Source: Candidatus Saccharibacteria bacterium CPR2 (GTDB lineage: Bacteria > Patescibacteriota > Saccharimonadia > Saccharimonadales > QWHN01). Taken from it: DNA of 64,000 bases. This document shows, piece by piece, positions 6,284 through 14,704 of this stretch (the stretch's first letter is position 1; each line of letters starts with the position of its first letter). Where the stretch lies: NCBI GenBank assembly GCA_021404905.1, contig QWHN01000001.1, forward strand, positions 2,162 to 66,161, read 5' to 3'. The notes below the pieces were generated by a model, which was given only the letters and a program-made list of their open reading frames with translations, was not told the DNA's origin and ran no database searches. The translations under genes and the position numbers were made by a program.

Positions 6284-7738
6284 TTAATCTAAGACATTCT
6301 CTCTTTTAAAACCAAGTTTGGTCTTTTTCCATAAAAATACATTTAAACTCAAGATTACAACGCAGCTTAAAATTAGGTACGAAGCATTGAATTTTAATTC
6401 TCCCTCTGCCCAAGGCAAACCAGCTAGCCAATCGGCAACTCGAATCATATATGTTAGCAACGCGTTAGCTGGCCAGCCAGCAAAATGTGCTAGCGGCGGA
6501 AAGATAGCCGCCACAATTCCGCCAATGAAGGTTAAAAGCATAGCCAAGGGAACAAAGGGTTGAATCAAAATATTTGAAATTAACGCCAGTGGCGAGTACT
6601 CACCGAATGTAAACGCGATAATCGGTAAAGTTAAAATTTGGGCTGAAATTGTTCCGATAAGCAAATGCCTTAGGAAGCCCGGTTCTTTTTCACCCCAAAA
6701 ATAATTATGGATTAAAGGCGCTAGAATTATAACGCCTCCGAAGGCCGCGAATGACAGATACCAACCAACATCGCCCCACACATAAGCCGGACTTAATAAA
6801 ACCGTCATAGCAGCTACAAAAACAATTAACACAACAGGGTTAATTTTTCGGCCGTAATACCAGGCAAGTAAACTTAAAACTGTCATGATTGAAGCGCGAA
6901 TCATGGATGTTCCAAAACCGCTAATTGATAAAAACGCGCCAATAAAGAATAGACTGGCAATAAGCGCTAAATATTTTGACACTTTCGACAGTGGACGCTT
7001 AATGTAACTAACTATCAATGACAGATGATAACCACTAGCAACAACCAAATGAATAAGCCCCAGCATTTTCAGCTCGTTACTAAAATCTTCAGATAAAAGT
7101 TGCTGCTGACCAACCAGATAACTCAGGCCCAATCCTGCTTGCTCTTTGGGTATAATCATTAATACTTTTCGCGAGAACCAATCTCTGATTTCTCTGCCAA
7201 TGTCACCATGCTTTATGTTTTCAACTTTGAGTAACTTAGCTCTGGAAATTGTCGCTGGAAAATTACCGAAACCGTTCCGAATTTCGCCTTCAATTTGCAA
7301 ATTATCACCACGCTTTATCTGATCTCGGGTGGACAAACTAACCCAGACATTGCCGCTCATTGGCATGTTATTAATTTTAATTTTGCTTAGATTAACACCT
7401 GTGGTTCCATTATTTTTCTCAGTGACATCGCTTGCTACTCGCCCCGTAAGGATTACCGTTTGGCCATAATATTGCCCGTACTGAGAAAAGGCGATTTGCG
7501 CGTTCGCGCCCCGCCAAAGACCAAGTAATATTCCACAGATTAATGCGACAGTCAACATCCATTTGTAACGCCAGATGGCAACTAAAATAAATAAAATGGC
7601 GGCAAGCAACAACCAAGGCAATGCGGCGAAATAAGTGGTTTTTGGATTTAGCGCTAGTGCCGTGCCAGTCAAAACTCCAGCCGATGTAACTGAGATGAAA
7701 TAAACTATATGTAAGCGCTGCTTCATGCTACGCGCCAC
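6284..7738 (-). CDS. comEC: ComEC/Rec2 DNA internalisation channel (competence domain; no beta-lactamase domain)
   Basis: 484-aa polytopic membrane protein with an N-terminal OB-like region (VILTGRVASDV...GDNLQIEGEI). Competence-domain pattern LSYLVGQQ...GLIHLVVASGYHLSLI. Confidence 0.85.
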   Translation of the reverse strand: MARSMKQRLHIVYFISVTSAGVLTGTALALNPKTTYFAALPWLLLAAILFILVAIWRYKWMLTVALICGILLGLWRGANAQIAFSQYGQYYGQTVILTGRVASDVTEKNNGTTGVNLSKIKINNMPMSGNVWVSLSTRDQIKRGDNLQIEGEIRNGFGNFPATISRAKLLKVENIKHGDIGREIRDWFSRKVLMIIPKEQAGLGLSYLVGQQQLLSEDFSNELKMLGLIHLVVASGYHLSLIVSYIKRPLSKVSKYLALIASLFFIGAFLSISGFGTSMIRASIMTVLSLLAWYYGRKINPVVLIVFVAAMTVLLSPAYVWGDVGWYLSFAAFGGVIILAPLIHNYFWGEKEPGFLRHLLIGTISAQILTLPIIAFTFGEYSPLALISNILIQPFVPLAMLLTFIGGIVAAIFPPLAHFAGWPANALLTYMIRVADWLAGLPWAEGELKFNASYLILSCVVILSLNVFLWKKTKLGFKRENVLD

Positions 7739-8462
7739 TTTCTTGTTTAGGCAGCTCTTGGTTCGGACAAGAGTAAAGAACCCGCTTCATCGCGTTAAAC
7801 TCCGAGCGCGTTACCCAAAGATAATATTTAACTTTCACGGCGATCTGCCGAGCGACATAACGGCAACGGTAGCTTTCCTCTGGCAACCATTCGGACGCGT
7901 CCGCGTCGCTCTTGTCCATATTTGTCGGTCCGTCAACTGCAAGCAAATTTAGAGGATCGTTAGCTAAATCAAACCTTTCATCAGGACTTAGGGCCTGAGC
8001 GCCTTTTTGCCAAGCGTCAGATAGCGCGACCACGTGATCTATTTGAATGTCATCGCTCGTATCTTTTCCTCTTGTGAAGAAAATTGTTTTGTTGGTGTAT
8101 GGGTCTTTTTGTAAAGTTCCAGATAGAACTACGCATAGATCTTCACCTAAAACTTTATCGCTTAAGTCTCTTTGTAAAATCCTGTTTCTGGTGTCGCAGC
8201 CATCAACCATTGCCCAACCATCACTGAAATTTGATCTTTTATAACCTTCTCGGCTGCCTCTTTCTTTTATTTCCAACTTATTCAACGCGTTGAGCGCGAG
8301 ATTTTCCGGATTAATTTGCGCCGATTGATTTTGATCCAGAGATTGCGAGGAAGATTTTTGCGTTTGATACTGCGCGTAAAATGCAAAGCCGACAATTACA
8401 CAAAGGGTTAGTATGACAAGTATGAATCGGCGCCGACGATATGTAATTATCTGATTATTCAT
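7728..8462 (-). CDS. Membrane-anchored DUF1524/HNH-type extracellular nuclease
   Basis: N-terminal TM segment (FILVILTLCVIVGFAFYA). C-terminal motif IQIDHVVALSDAWQKGA...NLLAVDGPTNMDKSD typical of DUF1524 (GmrSD C-terminal His-Me finger). Overlaps comEC by 11 nt. Confidence 0.7.
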   Translation of the reverse strand: MNNQIITYRRRRFILVILTLCVIVGFAFYAQYQTQKSSSQSLDQNQSAQINPENLALNALNKLEIKERGSREGYKRSNFSDGWAMVDGCDTRNRILQRDLSDKVLGEDLCVVLSGTLQKDPYTNKTIFFTRGKDTSDDIQIDHVVALSDAWQKGAQALSPDERFDLANDPLNLLAVDGPTNMDKSDADASEWLPEESYRCRYVARQIAVKVKYYLWVTRSEFNAMKRVLYSCPNQELPKQESGA

Positions 8463-8581
8463 TTCGATTCTTTATAATGGAATTTAGCCCAATGTTACTA
8501 CATACATCCCTCAGGAATCACAAGCAGAATCCTGGGAAAATGTCATGTTATACTGGCTTGGCGAAGTTGCGTAGGGTAAAA

Positions 8582-9316
8582 ATGGGGGTATTGAGCATGT
8601 CAGAGTTATCGGCGAATGAACGCATTATTTTAGCAATTGACACTTCGGGCATAGAAGAGGCTGAAAGATTGATGAGTTTGGCCAAAGATATCGGATCAAA
8701 ATTTGTCAAATGTGGCCTCGAGCTCTCAAGTACTATTGGTTGGCAGGGTTGTTCTGAATTGGCAGCTGAGAAAAACTTAGAATGGGTTGCTGATGCAAAG
8801 TTGGATGATATCCCAAACACGGTAGCTAAAACGGTGAGAAATATTGGATCTCTCGACCATGCGCCATTTGGAATCACCATACACACAACGTCAGGCATAG
8901 AGGCAATGAGAGTTGCTCAGGAAGAAGCAGATTCTATCAAAATGCTTGGTGTTACCGTTTTGACGTCTATCACGGATGAAGAGGCGCGCAGGCTGTATCG
9001 AGTGCCGGTAAGACAAAAGGTGATAGAGCTGGCTTATGATGCTGTAGATGCTGGGATTAAAGGTATAGTTTCGTCCCCGCTTGAGGTGGGCTTGATCAAG
9101 AACAAACCAAAAACCTCAAACCTGTTTGCTATGATCCCTGGAACACGTTCGAGCAGTGCTGACGTTCAAGATCAGGCGCGGGTTGGTACGCCAAGCGCGG
9201 CAATTAGAGATGGTGCAGATCTTTTAGTGGTCGGGCGGCAAATTACGCAAGCAGAAAATCCCACTGAGGCTTTTGAGGAGCTAATAGAAGAAATTAAAAG
9301 CTCCATCCATGAATAA
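8582..9316 (+). CDS. pyrF: Orotidine 5'-phosphate decarboxylase
   Basis: IILAIDT...KCGLEL...DAKLDDIPNTV and C-terminal LVVGRQIT motifs. The start is moved to the internal ATG at 8582, which follows a TGTTATACT -10-like box and an AGGG; the track ORF begins at 8477. Confidence 0.85.
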   Translation: MGVLSMSELSANERIILAIDTSGIEEAERLMSLAKDIGSKFVKCGLELSSTIGWQGCSELAAEKNLEWVADAKLDDIPNTVAKTVRNIGSLDHAPFGITIHTTSGIEAMRVAQEEADSIKMLGVTVLTSITDEEARRLYRVPVRQKVIELAYDAVDAGIKGIVSSPLEVGLIKNKPKTSNLFAMIPGTRSSSADVQDQARVGTPSAAIRDGADLLVVGRQITQAENPTEAFEELIEEIKSSIHE

Positions 9317-9944
9317 TAGAGACGCAAATCATGAGAATTTAATTCGAGAAATGCTCGATAATGACATTGTTAAATTTGGCAATTTTACTTTAAAAAATGG
9401 TAGACAGTCCGTGGCTTACGTAAACTTGCGAGACATGATTTCTATCCCGAGTTTATTTAGGCAAGCAACTTCTGCCTATGCAGACACTTTGGGGAAATCT
9501 GGCTTAATGAATAAACCCGATGGATCGATGAGATTCCTTGCCGGTATCCCTGAAGCTGTTGTTTATTATGCAGGTGCTGTGGCTGAAAAAATTAATGCGC
9601 CCCTGCTGCAACGTAGAGTAAAAGCAAAGGAACACGGTCAACCAAGAGCCGTTGAGGGTCGTTTCAAAAGAGGCGATGAAGTAGTGCTCCTTGACGATGT
9701 AATAACAACTGCGAGCTCTAAATTGGAAGAAGTGTCTGCTCTTGGCGAATTTGGGCTTAGAGTAACGGGAGTTACCGTTTTAGTGGATCGCCAGCAAGGC
9801 GGCAGCAAAGAATTGAAAGCGCATGACCTGGATTTCGCGACAGTTTTAACTCTTGGAGAGATCGCAAGCTACGCGTATGAAAATAATTTGGCTAACATGA
9901 CTCAAACTTTGTACGATGATCTGCTCGGTGAACTTAATACTTAA
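9309..9944 (+). CDS. pyrE: Orotate phosphoribosyltransferase
   Basis: PRPP-binding loop VVLLDDVITTASS. Overlaps pyrF by 8 nt. Confidence 0.85.
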   Translation: MNNRDANHENLIREMLDNDIVKFGNFTLKNGRQSVAYVNLRDMISIPSLFRQATSAYADTLGKSGLMNKPDGSMRFLAGIPEAVVYYAGAVAEKINAPLLQRRVKAKEHGQPRAVEGRFKRGDEVVLLDDVITTASSKLEEVSALGEFGLRVTGVTVLVDRQQGGSKELKAHDLDFATVLTLGEIASYAYENNLANMTQTLYDDLLGELNT

Positions 9945-9954
9945 CTAAGTTCAT

Positions 9955-10443
9955 CTATAAATTAAAGTTACGTGCATGATCTAATGCTTCTTGGCAATAG
10001 AATTTTATCGATTCTGTTAATCCGTATTCTGGTTTATTGAAATCCGATGCACTAAGCCAGTGGATATCGGAATGCTCATTTGAGATTATGTGTTTGTTAT
10101 TTTTTGAACGAGCAAAATATATTAATGCAATATGCTTGTGTGGCGGATTAGCAAAATGTACGTCTACAAAATTTGGTGTGTACATAAATTTTGTGTCATC
10201 GATTTTCAATTTTGGCTTGTCGCTTAAAATTTCAACGTCGAGGCCAGTTTCCTCTTGAATTTCTCTAAATAACGCGGAATCTGTATCTTCATTTAACTCA
10301 ATATGTCCACCCATTGGAATCCATTTATTGTATTTTGGATGATTAACCAACAAAACTTTGTCATTATGAACAATAAAAACACTAACAACAAAATCATACA
10401 GTTCATGGATATGTGGCATAAATGTATAATAACATGCTCTCAC
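9955..10443 (-). CDS. NUDIX hydrolase
   Basis: Nudix box GGHIELNEDTDSALFREIQEETGL. Confidence 0.8.
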   Translation of the reverse strand: MRACYYTFMPHIHELYDFVVSVFIVHNDKVLLVNHPKYNKWIPMGGHIELNEDTDSALFREIQEETGLDVEILSDKPKLKIDDTKFMYTPNFVDVHFANPPHKHIALIYFARSKNNKHIISNEHSDIHWLSASDFNKPEYGLTESIKFYCQEALDHARNFNL

Positions 10444-10493
10444 GAACCATAATCTACTCTCTACAGCTCGTCAAAAAGGTGAACGATGGAGGA

Positions 10494-10570
10494 TGGCGCC
10501 CGAGGAGGGATTCGAACCCCCGACACCTGGTTCCGAAGACCAGTGCTCTAATCCGCTGAGCTACTCGGGC
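10494..10570 (-). tRNA. tRNA-Arg (anticodon TCG), CCA encoded
   Basis: Reverse complement GCCCGAGTAGCTCAGCGGATTAGAGCACTGGTCTTCGGAACCAGGTGTCGGGGGTTCGAATCCCTCCTCGGGCGCCA. Anticodon loop CTTCGGA. Confidence 0.9.
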
Positions 10571-10639
10571 ATATGCTGAAAACTCTAGTAGTGTAGCATA
10601 AACATTCCATAGACTACAGGGGTGAAAAATTTTTTGATA

Positions 10640-11065
10640 TTAATTATCGCTATGTTTTTCTTCTTTTGCGGCTGAAGATGATTCGTGTTCAGTTGAGCCA
10701 ACGCTTTGCACGACATCTAGTGGTGAGGTTGGGACTTCAGCGGCTTCCGTGCCATCCTGAGGTTTCGCTTCAAATTTAACCGGCACGGAGATTTCCTTTT
10801 CCACTTTTTTAATCAAAAAGTAATAAACTATGCCGCCAATTCCAAAACTCACGGCAATTATTATCATCCACAGCTTTCTGTCTGGATTGTCACTTTTAAG
10901 CGCGTGTAAAAACATCAATACCGAAAAGCCAATAGCGGCAATCATCAACAATAGTAAAACACCAAATAAAATTTGCATTGGCAAACCAAGCGGCTGATTA
11001 ATTTCATCGCACGGCACGACTTTGCCGTCTAACTTACAGTTTGTCTGTGCTATAACATCGAGCAT
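10640..11065 (-). CDS. Small membrane protein (PLDc_N-like motif), function unknown
   Basis: Two TM helices; acidic, serine-rich tail. Confidence 0.5.
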   Translation of the reverse strand: MLDVIAQTNCKLDGKVVPCDEINQPLGLPMQILFGVLLLLMIAAIGFSVLMFLHALKSDNPDRKLWMIIIAVSFGIGGIVYYFLIKKVEKEISVPVKFEAKPQDGTEAAEVPTSPLDVVQSVGSTEHESSSAAKEEKHSDN

Positions 11066-11157
11066 TGTGGCAATTTATTGCTTATGGTTGATTCAATATT
11101 AACAAGATAAGCATCAAACAACAAACCATTCTTTTGGCGTTGATATATACTTACAAT

Positions 11158-12225
11158 ATGGAAATTATTAGAAATCAACCGCTCGCGCCGCTTACAACTT
11201 TTGGCACAGGGGGACAGGCACAGTTTTTTTATAACCCAAACTCTAAAGAAGAACTTGTAGATAAAATCTCTGAACTTAAGAAGCCGTTATGGTTTCTTGG
11301 GTATGGGTCCAATGTATTAATTTCTGACAAAGGTCTGCCAGGCACAGTCTTAAAGTTAGCGTTTAATAAAATAGAAATGACCGAGGAAAATGACAGTTGG
11401 ATATTTACAGCCGATGCTGGCGCATCCTGGGATAGTCTGGTACGCCAAAGCCTGAACCACAATGCCTGGGGTATTGAATTAATGAGCGGCATACCTGGAG
11501 GAATTGGCGGAGCTGTCGCGGGCAATATCGCTGCTTATGGACAAGCTGTGTCAGATACCTTGCTTTGGGTGGAAGTCATAGATACCAATGCTGCTCCTGC
11601 TAAAATTATACGCTTGAATAAAGAGCAACTAGGTTTAACTTACCGAAATTCAGATTTTCAAAACAATAAACTCGCGGGATGTGTAATTTTAAACGCATGT
11701 TTTAAGCTCAGTAAATCAAACAAGAAAAATTTGGAATATTCTTCCGCTCTTAAAGTTGCCGATGAACTGTGTCTAGATCCGCAAAGTCTGCACGACAGGC
11801 GCAAGATAATAATGGAATCAAGAAGGCGCGCAGGATCATTACTTGAAGATAATGGAAAAATCATCAAGACTGCTGGTTCGTTCTTTAAAAATCCGATCGT
11901 TGAAGAAGCAGTTGCCAAAGAGATCATCAAGCAAGAGGAAAACAACAAAGATTTAGCTAAAGTTATCGCTCAAAACAAAATCCACGGCGGGAATAGCACC
12001 AGAGTATCTGCGGCTCACGTGCTTTTAGCAGCCGGGTTTAAGCGTGGTCAATCCTGGGGACCGGTTCGACTCCATCCGGAGCATGTACTAAAAATAGAAA
12101 ATACCGGCGGCGCTTCATCTCAACAAATCTACGACGTAGCTCAGGAAATAATGCAAAGAGTTAAAGAAATATTGAATATTTCTCTAGAGCCTGAGGTGAA
12201 GTTCTTAGGTGAATTTATAAAATAA
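11158..12225 (+). CDS. murB: UDP-N-acetylenolpyruvoylglucosamine reductase
   Basis: N-terminal FAD-binding pattern LAPLTTFGTGGQAQFF...GYGSNVLISDKG. Start set at the ATG at 11158; the track uses an upstream alternative start. Confidence 0.85.
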   Translation: MEIIRNQPLAPLTTFGTGGQAQFFYNPNSKEELVDKISELKKPLWFLGYGSNVLISDKGLPGTVLKLAFNKIEMTEENDSWIFTADAGASWDSLVRQSLNHNAWGIELMSGIPGGIGGAVAGNIAAYGQAVSDTLLWVEVIDTNAAPAKIIRLNKEQLGLTYRNSDFQNNKLAGCVILNACFKLSKSNKKNLEYSSALKVADELCLDPQSLHDRRKIIMESRRRAGSLLEDNGKIIKTAGSFFKNPIVEEAVAKEIIKQEENNKDLAKVIAQNKIHGGNSTRVSAAHVLLAAGFKRGQSWGPVRLHPEHVLKIENTGGASSQQIYDVAQEIMQRVKEILNISLEPEVKFLGEFIK

Positions 12226-12261
12226 TTTGTAATATAACTAGTTTTATTGTATTGTATTTTG

Positions 12262-12807
12262 ATGGAAAAAGGTGGCAACCCTGAACAATCTCAATATTAT
12301 GAGGAAATTAAATCTGCAAGAGAAAAATATATTCGTGCAGTAATCACTCCTAGAGTATCAAGGGCTCATGAAATTGAACCCAAGTTTGTTGAACGTATTG
12401 AGGAAAATTATGCTCGAATAATACTAGGTGGAATTCCAAAAAACTTAACTGATTTTCCAAAAGAAGAACGTAATAAAATGCTAGAAGATCTTGCAAAAAT
12501 AATTGTATCTGAAAAAGTTGAGAGGTTTTCTGCGTATGATTATGAGTTAGTGCATAATGGATTTGAGCCAGAATTTTTGGAACCCACCGACGAAGATTTG
12601 CCCGACGATTTATATGAAGCATTGGGATTTGCTTCAGACAATCCGTTGAGTGTAGACGTGTATTTTAAAACTTTAAAGAAACTTTGCAATCAATCTATAG
12701 CTCAATATTTAAGCTTTTCAGAACTTGCTACTGAACGAATAGTCGCGGAATTAAAAGATGAAGTAACTCAAATAGATGAAGCCATTGGATTCCAAATCAA
12801 TGAATAG
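12262..12807 (+). CDS. Hypothetical acidic protein
   Basis: Long ORF with no family recognised. Start set at the first ATG. Confidence 0.5.
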   Translation: MEKGGNPEQSQYYEEIKSAREKYIRAVITPRVSRAHEIEPKFVERIEENYARIILGGIPKNLTDFPKEERNKMLEDLAKIIVSEKVERFSAYDYELVHNGFEPEFLEPTDEDLPDDLYEALGFASDNPLSVDVYFKTLKKLCNQSIAQYLSFSELATERIVAELKDEVTQIDEAIGFQINE

Positions 12808-12810
12808 CTT

Positions 12811-14088
12811 TTATTGATCTGAAGGCAAAGGGTAATTAACGCAAAACTGTTTTACTTCTTCACTTAAAGTTTTGATCACAGATTCATCGTTTCTATTCAG
12901 CACAGCTTTATGTATCCACTCGGCAACTTGAACCATTTCTTTTTCTTTCATGCCTCGGGTAGTAACCGCCGGAGTACCAAGCCGAATACCGCTGGGTGAA
13001 AATGGCGGCAATGTGTCATCAGGAATAGCATTTTTATTAACGGTTAAACCTATCTTGTCTAGTACTTCCTCGGCTTGCTTACCGTTGATGCCAAAAGATT
13101 TATTAACATCAATAAGCATTAAGTGGTTATCCGTGCCGTTGGTTATAAGCTTAAAACCTTTTTTCATGAGTTCATCAGCGAGACATTTCGCGTTATCGAC
13201 GACTTGTTTTGCGTAAACTCTAAACTCCGGAGTCATTGCTTCACCTAACGCTACAGCTTTCGCGGCGACATTATTCATGTGAGGTCCGCCCTGAAAACCC
13301 GGAAAGACTTCTCTGTCTATTAAAGTTGCTAGGTTATCTTTTGTTTTCTGAGGTTTTTTAAGAGGATTACCGGCAGCAGCACTCGACATAATCATGCCGC
13401 CCCGCGGCCCCCTCAAAGTTTTATGAGTTGTGGTGGTAACTACATCAAAGCCAAATTCAAATGGATTTTTTAAGATACCGCCAGCGATCAGCCCGGCAAT
13501 ATGAGCGATATCCGCCATCAGCACTGCATCAACAGCATCAGCAATTTCTCGGAATTTGCTGTAGTCTAATTCTCTTGGATAGGCAGAGAACCCAGCTAAA
13601 ATTATTTTTGGTTTTTCCTTCTTTGCAACTTCAAGCATTTTGTCATAATCAATTTCTCCGGTCTCAATATCTTTCATACCGTATCTTACAAACCTATAAA
13701 GTTTTGCCATGGTCGTCACTGGGTGGCCATGCGTAAGATGGCCGCCGTGCGATAAATCCATACCCAATACCGTATCGCCCGGCTCAAGCCATGCATGGTA
13801 AACCGCGATATTTGCCGGTGCGCCGGAATGAGGTTGAACATTAGCATGCTTACAGCCAAATATCTGTTTGGCTCTATCGATAGCCAACTGTTCTAGGGGG
13901 TCGGTAAAATCTTGACCACCATAATATCTTTTCCCGGGATACCCTTCGGAATACTTATTCGTAAATACTGATCCAAGAGCAGTTAAAACGTCACGGCTGA
14001 CGTAATTTTCTGATGGAATAAGTTCCATCCCTTCACGTTGGCGCTTGGTCTCTGCAACTATAAGTTGGTGGACTTTTTTATCTCTCAT
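12811..14088 (-). CDS. glyA: Serine hydroxymethyltransferase
   Basis: ELIPSENY, and the PLP-lysine region TTTTHKTLRGPRGG. Confidence 0.95.
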   Translation of the reverse strand: MRDKKVHQLIVAETKRQREGMELIPSENYVSRDVLTALGSVFTNKYSEGYPGKRYYGGQDFTDPLEQLAIDRAKQIFGCKHANVQPHSGAPANIAVYHAWLEPGDTVLGMDLSHGGHLTHGHPVTTMAKLYRFVRYGMKDIETGEIDYDKMLEVAKKEKPKIILAGFSAYPRELDYSKFREIADAVDAVLMADIAHIAGLIAGGILKNPFEFGFDVVTTTTHKTLRGPRGGMIMSSAAAGNPLKKPQKTKDNLATLIDREVFPGFQGGPHMNNVAAKAVALGEAMTPEFRVYAKQVVDNAKCLADELMKKGFKLITNGTDNHLMLIDVNKSFGINGKQAEEVLDKIGLTVNKNAIPDDTLPPFSPSGIRLGTPAVTTRGMKEKEMVQVAEWIHKAVLNRNDESVIKTLSEEVKQFCVNYPLPSDQ

Positions 14089-14162
14089 TTAGACTCAAGT
14101 ATAGCAAAACTTAATTAACAGTATCACTAGTATTGTTGTATTTAATCTTATATTATTCAAAT

Positions 14163-14669
14163 ATGGCTGAGATTATTAATCCAGATTCTGTCGATGCCAG
14201 CAAAATTATGGACACGCAACCTACGTCCATAGATATAATAACTACCCATCTTTCCGACCCAAGAAAAGAATTATTAGAAGATTATGATTATTTAGTTAAA
14301 TCAAGGGCTTTGCCGCCTGAACATTGCTTCGAAATGTCGGGTAATTTAACAATTAATACAAGTGAAAATCGATTCGATATAGAAAAAGGATGTTCTCTTT
14401 TGGTGGCTCTTTCCAGACGATTTTTTAGAGGATATTATCTTAGAGTGGATGATGACAGCTATTTTCTTCGCAAAAGAGAGCCTTCTAAGTATAACTCCGA
14501 GAAGGTTGTTGCCATCCACGATGGGATAGACAGTACACCTCACATAGAGGTTCTTAAACAATGTAGTGATGATTCATCAAAGCTTGTTGATCAAGGTAGT
14601 TATGAATACTTAAAAGTCGCAACGGTTTTTCATGTACTTTCAGATGCCCTTAGAAACATTGAACAATAA
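14163..14669 (+). CDS. Hypothetical protein
   Basis: ORF with no recognisable family. Start set at the ATG at 14163. Confidence 0.45.
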   Translation: MAEIINPDSVDASKIMDTQPTSIDIITTHLSDPRKELLEDYDYLVKSRALPPEHCFEMSGNLTINTSENRFDIEKGCSLLVALSRRFFRGYYLRVDDDSYFLRKREPSKYNSEKVVAIHDGIDSTPHIEVLKQCSDDSSKLVDQGSYEYLKVATVFHVLSDALRNIEQ

Positions 14670-14704
14670 TTTATTTATTACAATCATGATATACTATCCA
14701 AATC

